From positions 186,001 to 250,000 of the forward strand of contig OZ231126.1 of the NCBI GenBank assembly GCA_965153355.1: a stretch of 64,000 nucleotides of DNA, in the 5' to 3' direction. This document shows, piece after piece, positions 12,890 to 26,968 of this stretch. Numbering within the stretch: position 1 is the first letter of the stretch; the number at the start of each line of letters is the position of its first letter. The notes below the pieces were generated by a model. That model worked only from the letters and a program-made list of their open reading frames with translations, had not been told where the DNA came from and ran no database searches. Source of the stretch: Flaccisagitta enflata (lineage: Eukaryota). Made by a program: the position numbers and the translations under genes.

Positions 12890-13432
12890 TCGTCATCATC
12901 GTCGTCGTCATTATCATCATACGTATTGTCATAGTCATCGTCATCATCTTCATCATCATCATCATCATGGTCGTCATTATTATCAAACGCATTGTCATAG
13001 TCATCGTCATCATCTTCATCATCATCATCATCATGGTCGTCATTATTATCAAACGCATTGTCATAGTCATCGTCGTCATCATCATCATCATCATCATGGT
13101 CGTCATTATTATCATACGTGTTGTCATCGTCATCGTCATCATCATCATCATCTTCATCGTCGTCATTATTATCAAATGCATTGTCATAGTCATCGTCATC
13201 ATCTTCATTGTCATCATCATCATTATCTTCATGGTCGTCATTATTATCAAACGCATTGTCATAGTCATCGTCATCATCTTCATTGTCGTCATCATCATCA
13301 TCATCATGGTCGTCATTATTATCAAACGCATTGTCATAGTCATCGTCATCATCATCATCTTCATCATCATCATCATCATCATCATCATGGTCGTCATTAT
13401 TATCAAACGCATTGTCATAGTCAACGTCATCA
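12890..13432. repeat. (CAT)n-based ~60-70 bp minisatellite; reads as Asp-rich DYDNAFDNNDDH repeats on the minus strand
   Basis: Repeated catggtcgtcattattatcaaacgcattgtcatagtcatcg. Confidence 0.9.
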
Positions 13433-14860
13433 AACTCATGTTTATCTTTCTTGATATCGCGACTATCTTTATCTTCCACCTTCGTGGCGATTTTTTAAAT
13501 ACCATTCTCTTCACAAAGGAAAAAAAACTTTTTCTTGTTTTGGGACTCGTTTTTTTGGACGATATTTTAAACAAGGCCGGATACACGGCAGGGCAGTCGC
13601 GGACGGTTGGGCAGGAACAGAAATGCAAAAAACCGCTCGCAATTCAGAATTGTTGCGGACGGACGGACGGACCGACCGACACGGCAAGGTGTACAGTCGG
13701 GTGACCGCGACTAAAAACATAGAAATTTTTTTCCTTTTCATTTTAAAATTCGGACTTTTATGTCAATTATTCATGAAGTTTTTTCTTTATTGCTTATCAG
13801 AGACTCTAAATCTTTTTTTCTTCTTTAAATGGAATAGTCGATCTACGCTGTTTGTTATACTAGCATCTGCTCCTTCCCTCCCATGTGTTCACTTACGACG
13901 GACAAAGAGGTAAAAAATATGATGGCTAGAACATAATCATGAATTGAAAACATTACCATTAAAAGTAACAATGAAATTTGCTCAAACATAATCACTAACT
14001 AGAAACATTTCAATGGAACAAGTTTTAACAAAGACCAAACGATCACCACGAAAATTTCCAATCATAGAGTTGACGTGTTGACTATGTCTAATGCGATACA
14101 AATTGCAGCCAACAGTGAGCCTCATGCCAGTGTTTTCTTTTATTCATTCATACCATGATATTGTAAACAAAGTCGTTTAACACAGCTTGGCAGTGTAGTT
14201 GACGTGGCATCTGATTTGAGTCACGGACTCTCGACTCTATGAGAGGCGTTTTCCTTCAATCGCTTCAGCAGTCCGTCGGCCCGTCTATCCAGCCATCAGT
14301 TTGTCGATCTATCCATCCATCCATCCAGCTATCTATCCGCCGGGCCCTTCCGCCCGTTATAAGTGTAAAAACGCGCATTTGCGCCCTAGCCCTTCATTCG
14401 TGATGTTATTGCAACCATGGACTGCAGTTTAATCATAAACTGTATATTCAATCATAAACTGTATATTTCTCTTTGGCTAGGTAAGTAGGATTTTGGCTGG
14501 CGAGTCCATATTTCTTTAAGCTACTTTAGTCATATTTCATATCACTGGGCCAACAAGAAATATGCGTTTAAAAAGGCTCGTCTTAAAGTGACGCCGTTGC
14601 AGTAATTGTTTAGGCGTTATTACTTGTTTCATATGAATGTCTTTCTCTGTCTTATCCAAAAGTATTTCATACTCAGTTATCCTCATCTCATTCTGACTTA
14701 ATTCATATATCGCTCTCTCTATCTCAAAGCGAAGCTAAAACCTACTATTTGATTTCGACTTGTACACGACGCACCTTCTCAAAATTCAGTCTCAGATTAA
14801 AGAAGAAAAAAATAAGAGAAACTCAAGACTGACTCTTTATGATTTGAAGAAGTTATGTAT

Positions 14861-14939
<79 letters not shown>

Positions 14940-16874
14940 GGGCAGACACACAGACTGACAGACAGATGGATTGACAAAGAACATTTTTCACGGGAAAGAG
15001 AAAAAAATGTTGAAAAGAAATTTCATTCGTCACCGTAAAGCTTTATCATCATGTCACATTGTCACCATACACTAGTTTTATAATGTCATGTTGTCACCAT
15101 ATATAGCTATATAGCTTTATATCAGATGTTAAAAGACTTAATCGTTTAATTCAACTAACAGCAAAAGATATAAATAGTAAAAAGTATCTCCAACTATCAA
15201 TGGATAAGTAAACCTGGACTGTGGACCAGGCAAGACTTGTGCTAAAAGTCAACACATGGTCTTGGCGGGTTTAGAGGCTTCCCATCACCCTTGCTATTAC
15301 CCATACCAAAACATAGAGGAGATAATAGGAAAATAGGAGAATAAATCATAGAAAGTTTAATAAAGGTTGTGGTGGAGAAGATACAGTGTAGTGAAATGAC
15401 AGTATTGATAGGACAGGTAAGGATAGGTGAAGATGAGGAAGAGGATAGGTCATGTGATCAACAGGGCTTCAGTGGTCAAAGGTACAGGTGAAGATAGTTG
15501 AAATAAAGGAAAAACAAAAGGTCAAAGAAGGTAGTGTAAGGTAGAGGTAGAGGGAGATATGCGATAAAATAAACAAAAGGTAGTGAGTGGGGTAGGTAGG
15601 AGGTAGGGGTTGGTAGGAGATTGGGTAGGAGGGTAGGTAGGAGATGGGGTTAGTTAGGAGAAGGTAGGATGTATGGGTAGAAGGGTAGGCAGGGGTAGGT
15701 AGGTGGGAGGTTGGAGTAGGTAGGTAGGAGGTAGGGCTGGGTCAAAGGTGGGGGTAGCAGAGTGGGTGGGAGGTAGTGGTAGGAGGGTAGGAAGAAGGTA
15801 GGGGTAGGTTGGGGGAGAAACTTAGATCAGGAGTAGAACGAAAGAGTCTTATTCCAAACCAACTTTAAGGCTATGTAAATAGTACAGAAAATTGGGAAGG
15901 AATAAGAAAAAACTTTAAATTTAAACTTAAAAACTAAAAACTTAAAAATTTTGAAAAATGAAAAAACTTTAAACTTAAATTTTTTAGAAAACTTAAAAAT
16001 TTTTAAAAACTTTAAAACTTTGAAATTTTTTAAAAGATTTCCAAAAACTTTTTAAATTTTTTTCAAAATTTTCAAAAATTTTTTTTTTCTTTTTTTTTTT
16101 TAAATTTCAAAATCCAAAAACTTAAAAAACCTTTTCAAAACTTTAAGACTTAAAAACTTAGAATTTGAAACTTAAAATTCAAAACTTGAAATTGAAAATT
16201 TAACTAAAATGAAAACTAGAAGTCTTGATTTTTGAAAAACCTTAAAAATATATTCAAAACCTGTGAAAATCATAAGAGCAACCGGCATATTACCTATAGT
16301 ATTATATTTTCACATTGTCACCATACAGTAGTTTTGTCATGACATGTTGTCACCATACAGCTCAGACACCATGCCACGTAACCATACAGCTCTATCATTA
16401 GATCTCATCGTCACCATACAGTAGTTCCATCATAACATGTTGTCGCCATATAGCTTTTATATAACATCACATTGTCACCATTCAGTAGATTCACCATGAC
16501 ATGTTGTCACCATATAACTTTATAATTATCCCACATTGTCACCATACAGTAGTATCATCATGACATGTTGTCACCATACAGATGCAACACCATGCCACGT
16601 CACCATACAGCCCTGTCATCAGATCGCATGGTCATCACACAGTAATTTCATCATGACAATTTGTCAACATGTCACATCACCATGCAGTTCTGTCATCATA
16701 CCAAGTTGTCACCATACAGCTCTGTCACCATGCAGCTCTGTCATTACAACAAGTTGACATCATGGCACAATGTCACAACAACACCATACACCATACAGCT
16801 CTGATACCATGCTAAGTTGTTAGCCTACAGCTCCGTCATCATGCCACGTTGTCACAATGAATTTGAGTCAATGT

Positions 16875-17910
16875 CTCACTTTGTCATCCTTTGTCATCAC
16901 AACAACAAAATTCACCATGACGAAACAGTTTCACAGCCATTTTGTCATTCTTTGTCATCACAACAACAAAATTCACCTTTTCTCAATAGTTTCACAGCTA
17001 TTTTGTCATCCTTTGTCATCACAACAACAAAATTCACCATGACGAAACAGTTTCACAGCCATTTTGTCATTCTTTGTCATCACAACAACAAAATTCACCA
17101 TGGCAAAACAGTTTCACAGCCATTTTGTCATTCTTTGTCATCACAACTACAAAATTTACAATGGCGCAATAGTTTCACAGCCAATTTGTCATCCTTTGTC
17201 ATCAAAACTCACCGTGCCGCAATAGTTTCACAACCATTTTGTCATCCTTTGTCATCACCACAACAAAATTCACCATGGCGCAGTAGTTTCACAGCTATTT
17301 TGTCATCCTTTGTCATCACAACAACAAAATTCACCATGGCGCAATAGTTTCACACCCATTTTGTCATCCTTTGTCATCACAACAACAAAATTCACCATGG
17401 CACAATAGTTACACAGCCATTTTGTCATCCTTTGTCATCACTACAATAAAATTCACCATGGCGCAGTAGTTTCACAGCTATTTTGTCATCCTTGGTCATC
17501 ACAACAACAAAATTCACCATGGCGCAGTAGTTCCACAGCTATTTTGTCATCCTTGGTCATCAAAACAACAAAATTCACCATGGCGCAGTAGTTTCACAGC
17601 TATTTTGTCATCCTTTGTCATCAAAACAACGAAATTCACCATGGCGCAATAGTTTCAAAGCCATTTTGTCATCCTTTGTCAGCACATCAACAAAATTCAC
17701 CATGACGCAATAGTTTCACAGCCACTTTGTCATCCTTTGTCATCAAAATAACAAAATTAACAATGGCGCAATAGATTCACAGCCATTTTGTCATCCTTTG
17801 TCATCACAACAACAAAATTTACCATGGCGCAATAGTTTCACAGCTATTTTGTCATCCTTTGTCAGCACATCAACAAAATTCACCATAGCGCAATAGTTTC
17901 ACTGCCATTT
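16875..17910. repeat. 60-bp satellite, ~17 copies, preceded by a degenerate tgtcaccatac array (15040-15110, 16310-16860)
   Basis: Unit tttgtcatcctttgtcatcacaacaacaaaattcaccatggcgcaatagtttcacagcca. Confidence 0.95.
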
Positions 17911-18321
17911 AATGGCCAGAGTTAAAACATCATGCCTTTAATGATGCGCCTAAGCATTTCTTTATAGTAAGTTGTGGCCATTTTCTATGACCCAATGAGC
18001 GCGCATAGCGAATACTTTTTCCCCGCGACTTATTGTTGTCCCAAACTCAGACCGATGCCACTGCTTTACAGTGCTTTTTTGTCACCATTTCTAACGTAGA
18101 GAACGTCTTGTTGTCACAATATCAAACTAATGCCATGATTTTTGTCAACGTGTTCATCTATAACGCCACGTCATCGTTAGTCTATCTGGTGACGCCCCAA
18201 AAGCGAGAAAATGACGCGTCATTTGGGCTAAAAATGCCGCAGCATCGGCAACAGTCTCTGCAGCAGCAACAGCAACAACAGGACACGCCGCAGCACTTGC
18301 AGTCACGGCGGCAAAAGTCTG

Positions 18322-18429
<108 letters not shown>

Positions 18430-18507
18430 AATTTCCAGTAAAAGTGGAGAGTGAAGGTGAATGTTGGTGAGGTTGCAGCCGACTTTCTTACGTGGTCTCT
18501 TCATGAA

Positions 18508-18586
<79 letters not shown>

Positions 18587-18611
18587 AGAGACTGGGTCGA
18601 TGTTGGCCCTT

Positions 18612-18788
<177 letters not shown>

Positions 18789-19037
18789 ACTCTCGCGTAA
18801 TCACTAGATCCTTACCACAGAAACACACTTTTTACTTACCTTTCCTTTCCTACCTGACTTCAAATCAAAAGCGGGGCTTACCAGTCTCTCCCTTTTCGCC
18901 GGTAAAATTAGTCATTTCTCCTTTATTCATTCGTACATTTCAGATTAAAACTGTCTGTCTCTGTATATCTCTGTCTGACTGTCTGAATGATTCTCTGTTT
19001 GTCTACATCTCTGTCTACATCTACGTCTCTGTATGCC

Positions 19038-19068
<31 letters not shown>

Positions 19069-19112
19069 GTTTCTGTTTCTCTCTCTGTCTCTGTTTCTCT
19101 GTCTGTCTGTCC

Positions 19113-19252
<140 letters not shown>

Positions 19253-19605
19253 CTCTTTTTGTCTCTTACCTTTCACCACGTTGCAGCACTCATATTACAA
19301 CGCACCGTCAATTTTTTGACAAAAGTTAGCCCACGAGTGAGCGCCTCTGTCACTTCACTCTCTTCCATCAAAGACATTCTTTAAGGAAATTTGATTGTTA
19401 GTTATGCATATAAAACATATACAGCAGAGCTATCAAACAAAGTAAAACAATGCAAGAAAAAAGTCAAGATTCGACTTTTTGTCTCCTAACTCAATCTATC
19501 CCAAAATTTACGAATCAAAGAATAAACTAACTTTTGGCGCCAACAAAACAAAAGTCAAAAGTCAAATAAAACAAGAAAACAAAGAAAATTCTGGACTTTG
19601 TCATG

Positions 19606-19755
<150 letters not shown>

Positions 19756-20845
19756 CTGCTACACGTTCTGTAAGCGTCTCGAGGAGCACACGCTTTTTGC
19801 CTGACATTTATTCTGTCACTGTTTCTCCTTGGTAATGCAATCGTCTTTTTTTTTCGCTTTTTTCCGTAAACCAAATTCAAAACTTTGACTCTAAAAACAA
19901 AGCTTCTCTCACATTTTCGCCGAATGAAAATCTTCAGGATATCCTCCAGATCGTTTCCATAAAACGTCTCTAAACTCGATTCCAAACGCGTCTCTTAGAT
20001 CAACTCTCAAAACATCTCCAACATCATCTCTTATGGCGTGTTTTTAGTAACAGACAATCGCGTTTTTAACGGGCAACTAGGCCACTTGGTCGCTCGCTAC
20101 TTTTGTTCGCTCGCACCACTCACTCTGCTCACAAGCTTGCTCCATTCGCAGGGCCACTCACTTTGCTCACTCCCTGGTTTTCATGATATGAAACTACCGA
20201 AGTCTCTCAAGGGAGCTCTCTTAGACAGTTTGTGTCATTAAAATCACTGTCATGGAGTTGCTCTCTTTAATGACAAGGTACTCACGTCGATTCATATCAC
20301 TGTCATCACTGTTGTTAATGCCATCACTGTATTCACTGTCATCACTGTCATGGAGTTGCTCTCTTTAATGACAAGGTACTCACGCCGAATCATATCGCTT
20401 TCATCACTGTCATCACTGTTATTAATGCCATCACTGTATTCACTGTCATCAAACTGATCTTAGCATCAAGGCCTCAATACTAACCTCGTGGCCCCAATAT
20501 CAGCTTTGCGGACAGAATATCAGCCTTGAGGCTCAAAGCGTAGCCTTGAGGCAAATTATCCCAGCCATGAGGCCTAAATCTCAGCCTCTTGGCTCAAATT
20601 CAAGCTCAAAAGCTTTTAACTCAAGCCCAGAAACCAAATTTTCCCCCTTGATTGGTCCCTTCAGGGGCGCTGCCCCTCTTACCACGCTAATTCATGGGCT
20701 TAAGATACCGCTAACAATCTGAAGCTTTTGTGACTATTAAACCTCAATGATCCTCTATGGCCTCTTACCATTTGGCAGGACAACCAAAAGTCGGTACAAC
20801 TGTACGATCATCTGTGATCTTTTGTTTTCAAGACTTTTTAAGCGG

Positions 20846-21391
20846 TTTTTGGGCAGCGGCCCCGAAGGGGGCGAAGTCCTGTAGAACACAGGGGACTTTT
20901 GTTCGTTCGTTAGTTAGTTCGTCCCCCCCCCCCCATCAGGCCCCTCAGGCCTCAAATCTGGCCTCTCAGGCCTCACAGATGGCATCTCAGGCCTCAAATC
21001 CAGCCTCTCAGGCCTCAAATCCAGCCTCACAGGACTCAAGCCTGGCCTCTCAGACCTCAAATTAGGCCTCTCTGGCTTTTATTCCAAATTCTCTCAAAGG
21101 CCTCATATTAGCCATCTAAGCCTCAATTTTTGCTCTCAAGCCTCAAGTCAGCCCTCCCAAGCTTCCAATGGGCATTCTCAGGCCTTGCATCAGCCTTCTT
21201 AGACCTCAGTTTAAGCTCTTTAAGGCCTTCAGTCAGCCCTCTATTTAGCATCTCATCCACTTTAGGCAAGACAAACGAAAGTCCCCCTGTGTTCTACAGG
21301 ACTTCGTCCCCTTCGGGGCCGCTGCCCTGCTTCCCCTCACTCCAATTCACAATCACTCAAAGCAGGGCAACGGGTATCGCTGACTGTTTAA

Positions 21392-21424
<33 letters not shown>

Positions 21425-23385
21425 AAGGGTTGGGGATAGTTTTAGGATTAGAGTTAGGGACAGGGTTAGCTTTAGGGCTAAGGGTTGGCTGGGTTTAATG
21501 TATTACGGCCCAAAGCTATTCGAATTTAATTCGCTCTGGCGGAGGATTCGGAAATAAAAAATAAATCGTGCAGGGAATCATTCATTTTGTCCCAAAAATC
21601 CCCATATATTTTACAGGATTTTGTCTTTATCAGGGCTGCTCCCTTGCTTCCTCTCACGCGCGCATTCACACAAAGCAGGGCAGAAGGTATCGCTGACCAC
21701 ATATTGCCCTTGGGGGACTTGTTCTTTGGGCAGCGGCCCCGAAGGGGTCGATGACCTATGCTTTCACACATATGGGGAATTTTCTCCTCCTTCTTCTCCT
21801 CCGTCCGTACCCCGCCCCCCCTCAGCTCCAAGGCCCAAATTCTAGTCCCGAGACCCAAATCCCAGTCTCGTGGCCCAAATCCTATCCAAAAGGCCCAAAT
21901 CCTAGCCTCAAGGCCCAAATCCCAGCCTTGAGATCCAAATCTCATCCGTTAGGCTCAAATTCCAGCCGTGAGGCCTAGATCTAAGCCTCAAGGTTCATAT
22001 CTCAGCCTCAAGGATGAGATTTAGATCTCGAGGCTGAGATTCGAGCCTCCAGGCTAGGATTTGGGCCTTGAGGCTAGGATTTGAGCCTTTTGGGTAGGAT
22101 TTGGGCCACGAGACTAGGATTTGGGTCTCGGAGCTGGGGGAGGGGGGCAGGCAGATGGAGGAGGAGGAGGAGAAAATTCCCCATATGTGTGAGAGCATAA
22201 GTCATCGACCCCTTCGGGGCGGCTGCCCTGCTTCCCCTTCAACTTCAAGCACAACCTACTAGGGCAGGGCACAGGTACCGCTGACCATCTAACGCTTTTG
22301 CGACTATTATTCAATGCGTCCACCCATCTCTTTAACAGGATGGTATTTTTTTGTGTATGTGATCTTGAAGGTTTTCTCTTCAAATCTTTGTCCTTTACCC
22401 TCTTCTATCTCTTTACTGTTTTTGTCATCATCTTCAATTGAGTCAATTTGGGTTAGATTGACAAGAATTTAGTGAATCACAAGTATGTTTCCAATTATTA
22501 TCACGATCAAGGATTTAAAAATTTGAGTTTTTAGCCTTTCTTAGCTAGTCTTTGAATATTCTTTTCATTTTTGGGCAGCGGCCCCGAAGGGGACGAAGTC
22601 CTGTAGAACACAGGGGGAATCTGTCCGTCCGTCCGTCCGTACGTCCGTACGTCCGTACGTCCGTCCCCCCCCCACCCCATTCTCAGGGCTTCGTCTCCTT
22701 TGGGGCCCAAATCCAAGCAAATTGGCCCAAATCTAAGCAAAATGACCCAAATCCAAGCAAAATGGCTAAAATCTGGCTAGAAAACCAAAATTCTAGTCAA
22801 AATTCTATTATTTTGGCCCCTAAGATCTAGATCCTGGTTTCTAATACCCAGATTCTGGCCTCTTAAACCCTAATCCTAGCCTCAGAGATCTAGATCTTGA
22901 TCTCTGTGACCCAGATTCTGGCCTCCAAGACCCAGGATCTGGCCCTAGATCCTGGCCTCAGAGACCCAAATCCTGGCCTCAGAGACCCAAATCCTGGCCT
23001 CAGAGACTCAAACCCTGGCCTCTGAGACCAAGAAATTGGTCTCTGAGACCCAGATTCTGGCCTCAGAGACCCAAATCCCGGCCTGCTCCCCCTTCAACTT
23101 AAATAACAAACTTCTCAAGAAGAGCAGGGGTACCCTTGTCCATATACTGCCTATTGTCATTTCTCCATGTTATTCGAAGAGAGTTTGAATAACAGGGCTT
23201 ACTTGACAAAAGGAAGGCTGAGAGAAGGACGGACGGACGGATGGACGGACGGACAGATTCCCCCTGTGTTCTACAGGACTTCGTCCCCTTCGGGGCCGCT
23301 GCCCTGCTCCCCCCAACCTAAATCACATACTACTCAAGCAGGGCACGGGTACCGCTGACCACTTACTGCCTTTGGGCTGCTATTC
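20846..23385 (+). mobile_element. Cluster of family C elements with asymmetric inverted repeats (copies ~20846-21385, 21725-22310, 22570-23385; also 27730-28110 and a fragment at 47710-47825)
   Basis: 5' gggcagcggccccgaagggg... and its inverted copy ~70-80 nt inside the 3' end, internal ~21-bp repeats, shared tail gggtaccgctgacc. The asymmetric-TIR layout resembles Helitron2/Helentron non-autonomous elements. Confidence 0.7.
21392..21485 (+). repeat. Short degenerate interstitial (TTAGGG)n tract
   Basis: ttagggttagggttagggtttagggttagggtaaggg. Confidence 0.8.
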
Positions 23386-23791
23386 TTGAATCTATTTGTG
23401 CCCTCAGCCCCTCACTGTGAATAGCATGTTCAGTAAGCATTCAAGACACTATTGAATTTAAACAGATTTCAAGCGAATAAAAAAGATTTGGATGATAGTT
23501 ACTTACTTACTAACTTACTTCTGGTTTGTACATGGTGCCATTTGAAAGAAAAAAGTTAACCTTTTCTCAGCTATGAACTTAAGCAAAGCCAGAAGTCGCG
23601 TGCGGGTGGGCGGGGGCAGTGATAGAAACGGCTAGCCCAAGCAGTTGGGCAGGGGCAGTGATTGAAAAACCGCCTGTAAACGCCAAAAAAGCTAACGGTG
23701 ACAGACGGACAGATATATCAGGTTAGAGAGTTGTGTGCACGCGGCTGAAAATAATGACAGAATTTTGAAAAGATTGCCACTAAACAAAATA

Positions 23792-23965
23792 CAGTGGAGC
23801 ACCGCTAGAGCGCACTTGCTTATGAGGCATAACCTCCTATAAAGCATGCAATTGCTAGTCCCTGGAGAGTTTCTTTAACTATTTCTATGTTGGCACTAGG
23901 ACAGCTTCACTATAAGGCATAATTTGGCCCAGTCTCTGGGAATGCGCTCTAGTGAAGCTCAACTG
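23792..23965. mobile_element. Small Tigger/pogo-like MITE
   Basis: TA|cagtggagcaccgctagagcgca ... tgcgctctagtgaagctcaactg|TA. Confidence 0.75.
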
Positions 23966-24013
23966 TAGAAAAAAAATCTTCATCACATTTCTCCAATAAG
24001 TGACTAAATGCCT

Positions 24014-24510
24014 CCAGGACATTTGGAAATCCAGGATATCAAGGACATCTGGACATCCAGGACATCCAGGACATCCAGGATATCCAGGACATCCACGATA
24101 TCCAGGGCATCCAGGACATCCAGGACATCCAGGACATCCAGGACATCTTGACATCCATGACATCCAGGACATCCAGGACATCCAGGACATCCAGGACATC
24201 TGGACATCCAGGACATCTTGACATCTATGACATCCAGGACATCTGGACATCCAGGATATCCAGGACATCCACGATATCCAGGGCATCCAGGACATCCAGG
24301 ACATCCAGGACATCTGGACATCTGGACATCCAGGATATCCAGGACATCTGGACATCTGGACATCCAGGACATCTGGATATCCATGCCATCCAGGACATCT
24401 GGACATCCATGACATCCAGGACATCCAGGATATCCAGGACATCCATGACATCCAGGACATCTGGACATCCAGGACATCTAGACATCCATGACATCCAGGA
24501 CATCTGGACG
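24014..24510. repeat. 8-9 bp minisatellite (catccagga)n
   Basis: Direct inspection. Confidence 0.95.
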
Positions 24511-25630
24511 TCTCTTGGCTCTGTTCCTTGCATAAAAGGTAACCTCGTGAATATTCAAATAAAGAGTTACTGCTGCATGTACATTTGAAACAAAGAAACT
24601 AGACTGAAATATCCAGTTGAAATGTTGAATTATATACAATTTTCTTTTTGGACGACGAGCCCAGATTTCATTTTTGACTTTTTTATTATTCAAATGAGGA
24701 ATATCTCATGAATATGATTACACCGCAAATTTCAATGCATGAGATTCCAAACATGTATCAAATTCGGGCTAGAAAGAAAGGCAATGGATTTTGGAGGTGT
24801 TCACACTGCTAACGAGAACAATCATGTTTATTCCTGTTAATCGCGTTATCAGCGTGAATATATATCTATGAATCTCAGTTATCCCAAGAGACAGTGAATA
24901 AAGCAGGCCTGTATATAATTGAGTTTCCCGCCGGGGGGGGGGAATCAAAGGGTTTGGAGATGGGGAAGGGAAAGAAAGGGGGAAAAAAGAAAAAAAAAGA
25001 AAATTCTGGGAAAATATATTTTTTGGTAGTACCAAATCATAAAATTTGATTAGTAAAACACAATTTAACACTATTTAAACCTTAAATACACTGTTTTATT
25101 GCTTTATTAGGAAGAAAATCATAGATTTTGTAACGCGACGCCATGCATCGCGAAGAAGAAAATCAAAGGCGGGGGGGGGGGGGAAATGAAAAACCACTCA
25201 ATTATATACACCCCTGGAATAAAGTGAATGAGCAAGCCTGTGAATGGAGTGAGAGAAGGTGACAAGCATAGTGAAGAGGAGCGCTGTGAAGTGAGCAGAG
25301 TGAGCAGTGCGAGCAAACGAATGTCGCATATTAGTGACTATGGATTATGGAAAACAAGGTCGTATACACGGCTACCCCAGTCGCGTGCGGGGGGGGGGGG
25401 AGGAGCCATATTTGAGGTCAGTAGACCATTTAGTCAGGAGCAGTGAGGTCACAGAATAAAATTCATGTAAAAGATTAACATGTCATGATCCGACCAACAG
25501 ACTGACGTGCGGACGGACAAAGCGGGGTGTAGAGTCGCGTAGCACGCGACTAAAAAGGGATGCGGTCGTTGACCACTTACAATTTGGTGGGTGGGACCAC
25601 TACCGGCATTTAACTGCAAAGAGCCTTGAA

Positions 25631-26101
25631 CAGTCAGTGGACAAAACAGAATAGGTAGAGAGCTCACTCTGTTGGCTATGATCCAACCTACTGTCATTAA
25701 ACAGCAGGCTGTAAACAATAACTGGATATGAAAATTAATGCCGGCATATTCATAATCATAGTGAAATTCTGAGAAGTTTGACATGTCACACTTAATACTT
25801 TTTATAAGAAATAATCTTTTAACATTGCATTATAACTTTATCAAACATTGATAAAAAAATTGTATTTTTAGTTAAAAGTATATGTTGTGACCTATCAAAC
25901 CTGTCAGAATTTCACCAGAATTGTGAATTTGCAGGTCTCATTCTATTTGGTGACAGTTGGATTTTTGCCAACTTTGTAGCATAACAGATGTCTGTAATTT
26001 TTACAACCAGTTGTTGTTTACAGCCCGCTATTTGATAACAGTAGGTTGGATCAAAGCCAACAGCGTGAGCTCTCTACCTATTTTGTTTTGTCCACTGACT
26101 G
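25631..26101. mobile_element. MITE with ~95-bp TIRs, Tc1-like ends
   Basis: cagtcagtggacaaaacagaataggtagagagctcac... inverted at 26008-26101; TSD degenerate. Confidence 0.75.
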
Positions 26102-26968
26102 TGTAAGTGGAAGCGGAAGCGATACAATTTATTTCACTCACTCATTTACTCACTCACTAACTCACTCACTTTCTCACTCACTCACTCACTCACTCACTCA
26201 CTAACTTACTCACTCGCTGACTCACTCACTCACTCTCTCACTTACTTGCTGACTCACTCACTCACTCACTCACTCACTAACTTAATCACTCGCTCACTCA
26301 CTCACTCACTTACTCACTCACTCGCTGACTCACTCACTCACTCACATGTCAATATTTCAATAACCAATGTGACATGTGACCACTTTAATAATCTCTCCTT
26401 ATCTCAATCTTCTTAAGCAGCGCTTATCTGACCTTAAAAAAGAATACAAACTAAGATTGGATCATATGAGAACAAGGCCGGATACACGGCCATTACCAGT
26501 TGCGGACGGGTGGGTAGGGGCGGAAATGCGCGTTTTCACACTTTTCGACTCATGTTCACCGACGGACCAACGGACGGACTGACGGACGGACGGATGGACG
26601 GACGGACGGACAAAGGCTCTTATAGAGTTGCGTGTCCGCAACTAAAAAGAACTGTAAGTGACTTGATTACTCATGGATATTTGGATGACGTGCCACAACT
26701 GCAAAGGTGCCACAGCTGCCACAGCTGCTGACATGCCACAATAGCTGATGTACCACAACTGCTGATGTACCACAACTGCTGACATGCCACAACTGATGAT
26801 GTGCCACAAACGTTGAGGTTCCATACCATCTAACGTGCCACAAATGCTGAGTCGTCTCAACAGCCTATGTATCACAATTGCCAATACACTCTTTTTTTTG
26901 AGTAAGGACAAAGTTTATAAGGACATCGAGGCTGAAATTTTGCGCAACTTCTTAAAGAAAATAATCAT

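Noticed and set aside
21392-21485. True telomere or chromosome fusion point
   Set aside because: Under 100 bp, degenerate, one orientation, embedded in a transposon tail
23885-24588. Collagen-like (GHP)n or metallothionein-like (CPG)n ORFs
   Set aside because: 8-9 bp minisatellite with frequent frame-breaking units
25629-26103. CACAGTC…ACAAAA end resembling an RSS/Transib TIR near a RAG1-like gene
   Set aside because: Only the right end has CAC, there is no 5-bp TSD and the spacing does not fit 12/23; CAGTCAGTGGACAAAA fits a Tc1-type end better, and the element is self-contained 12 kb from the gene
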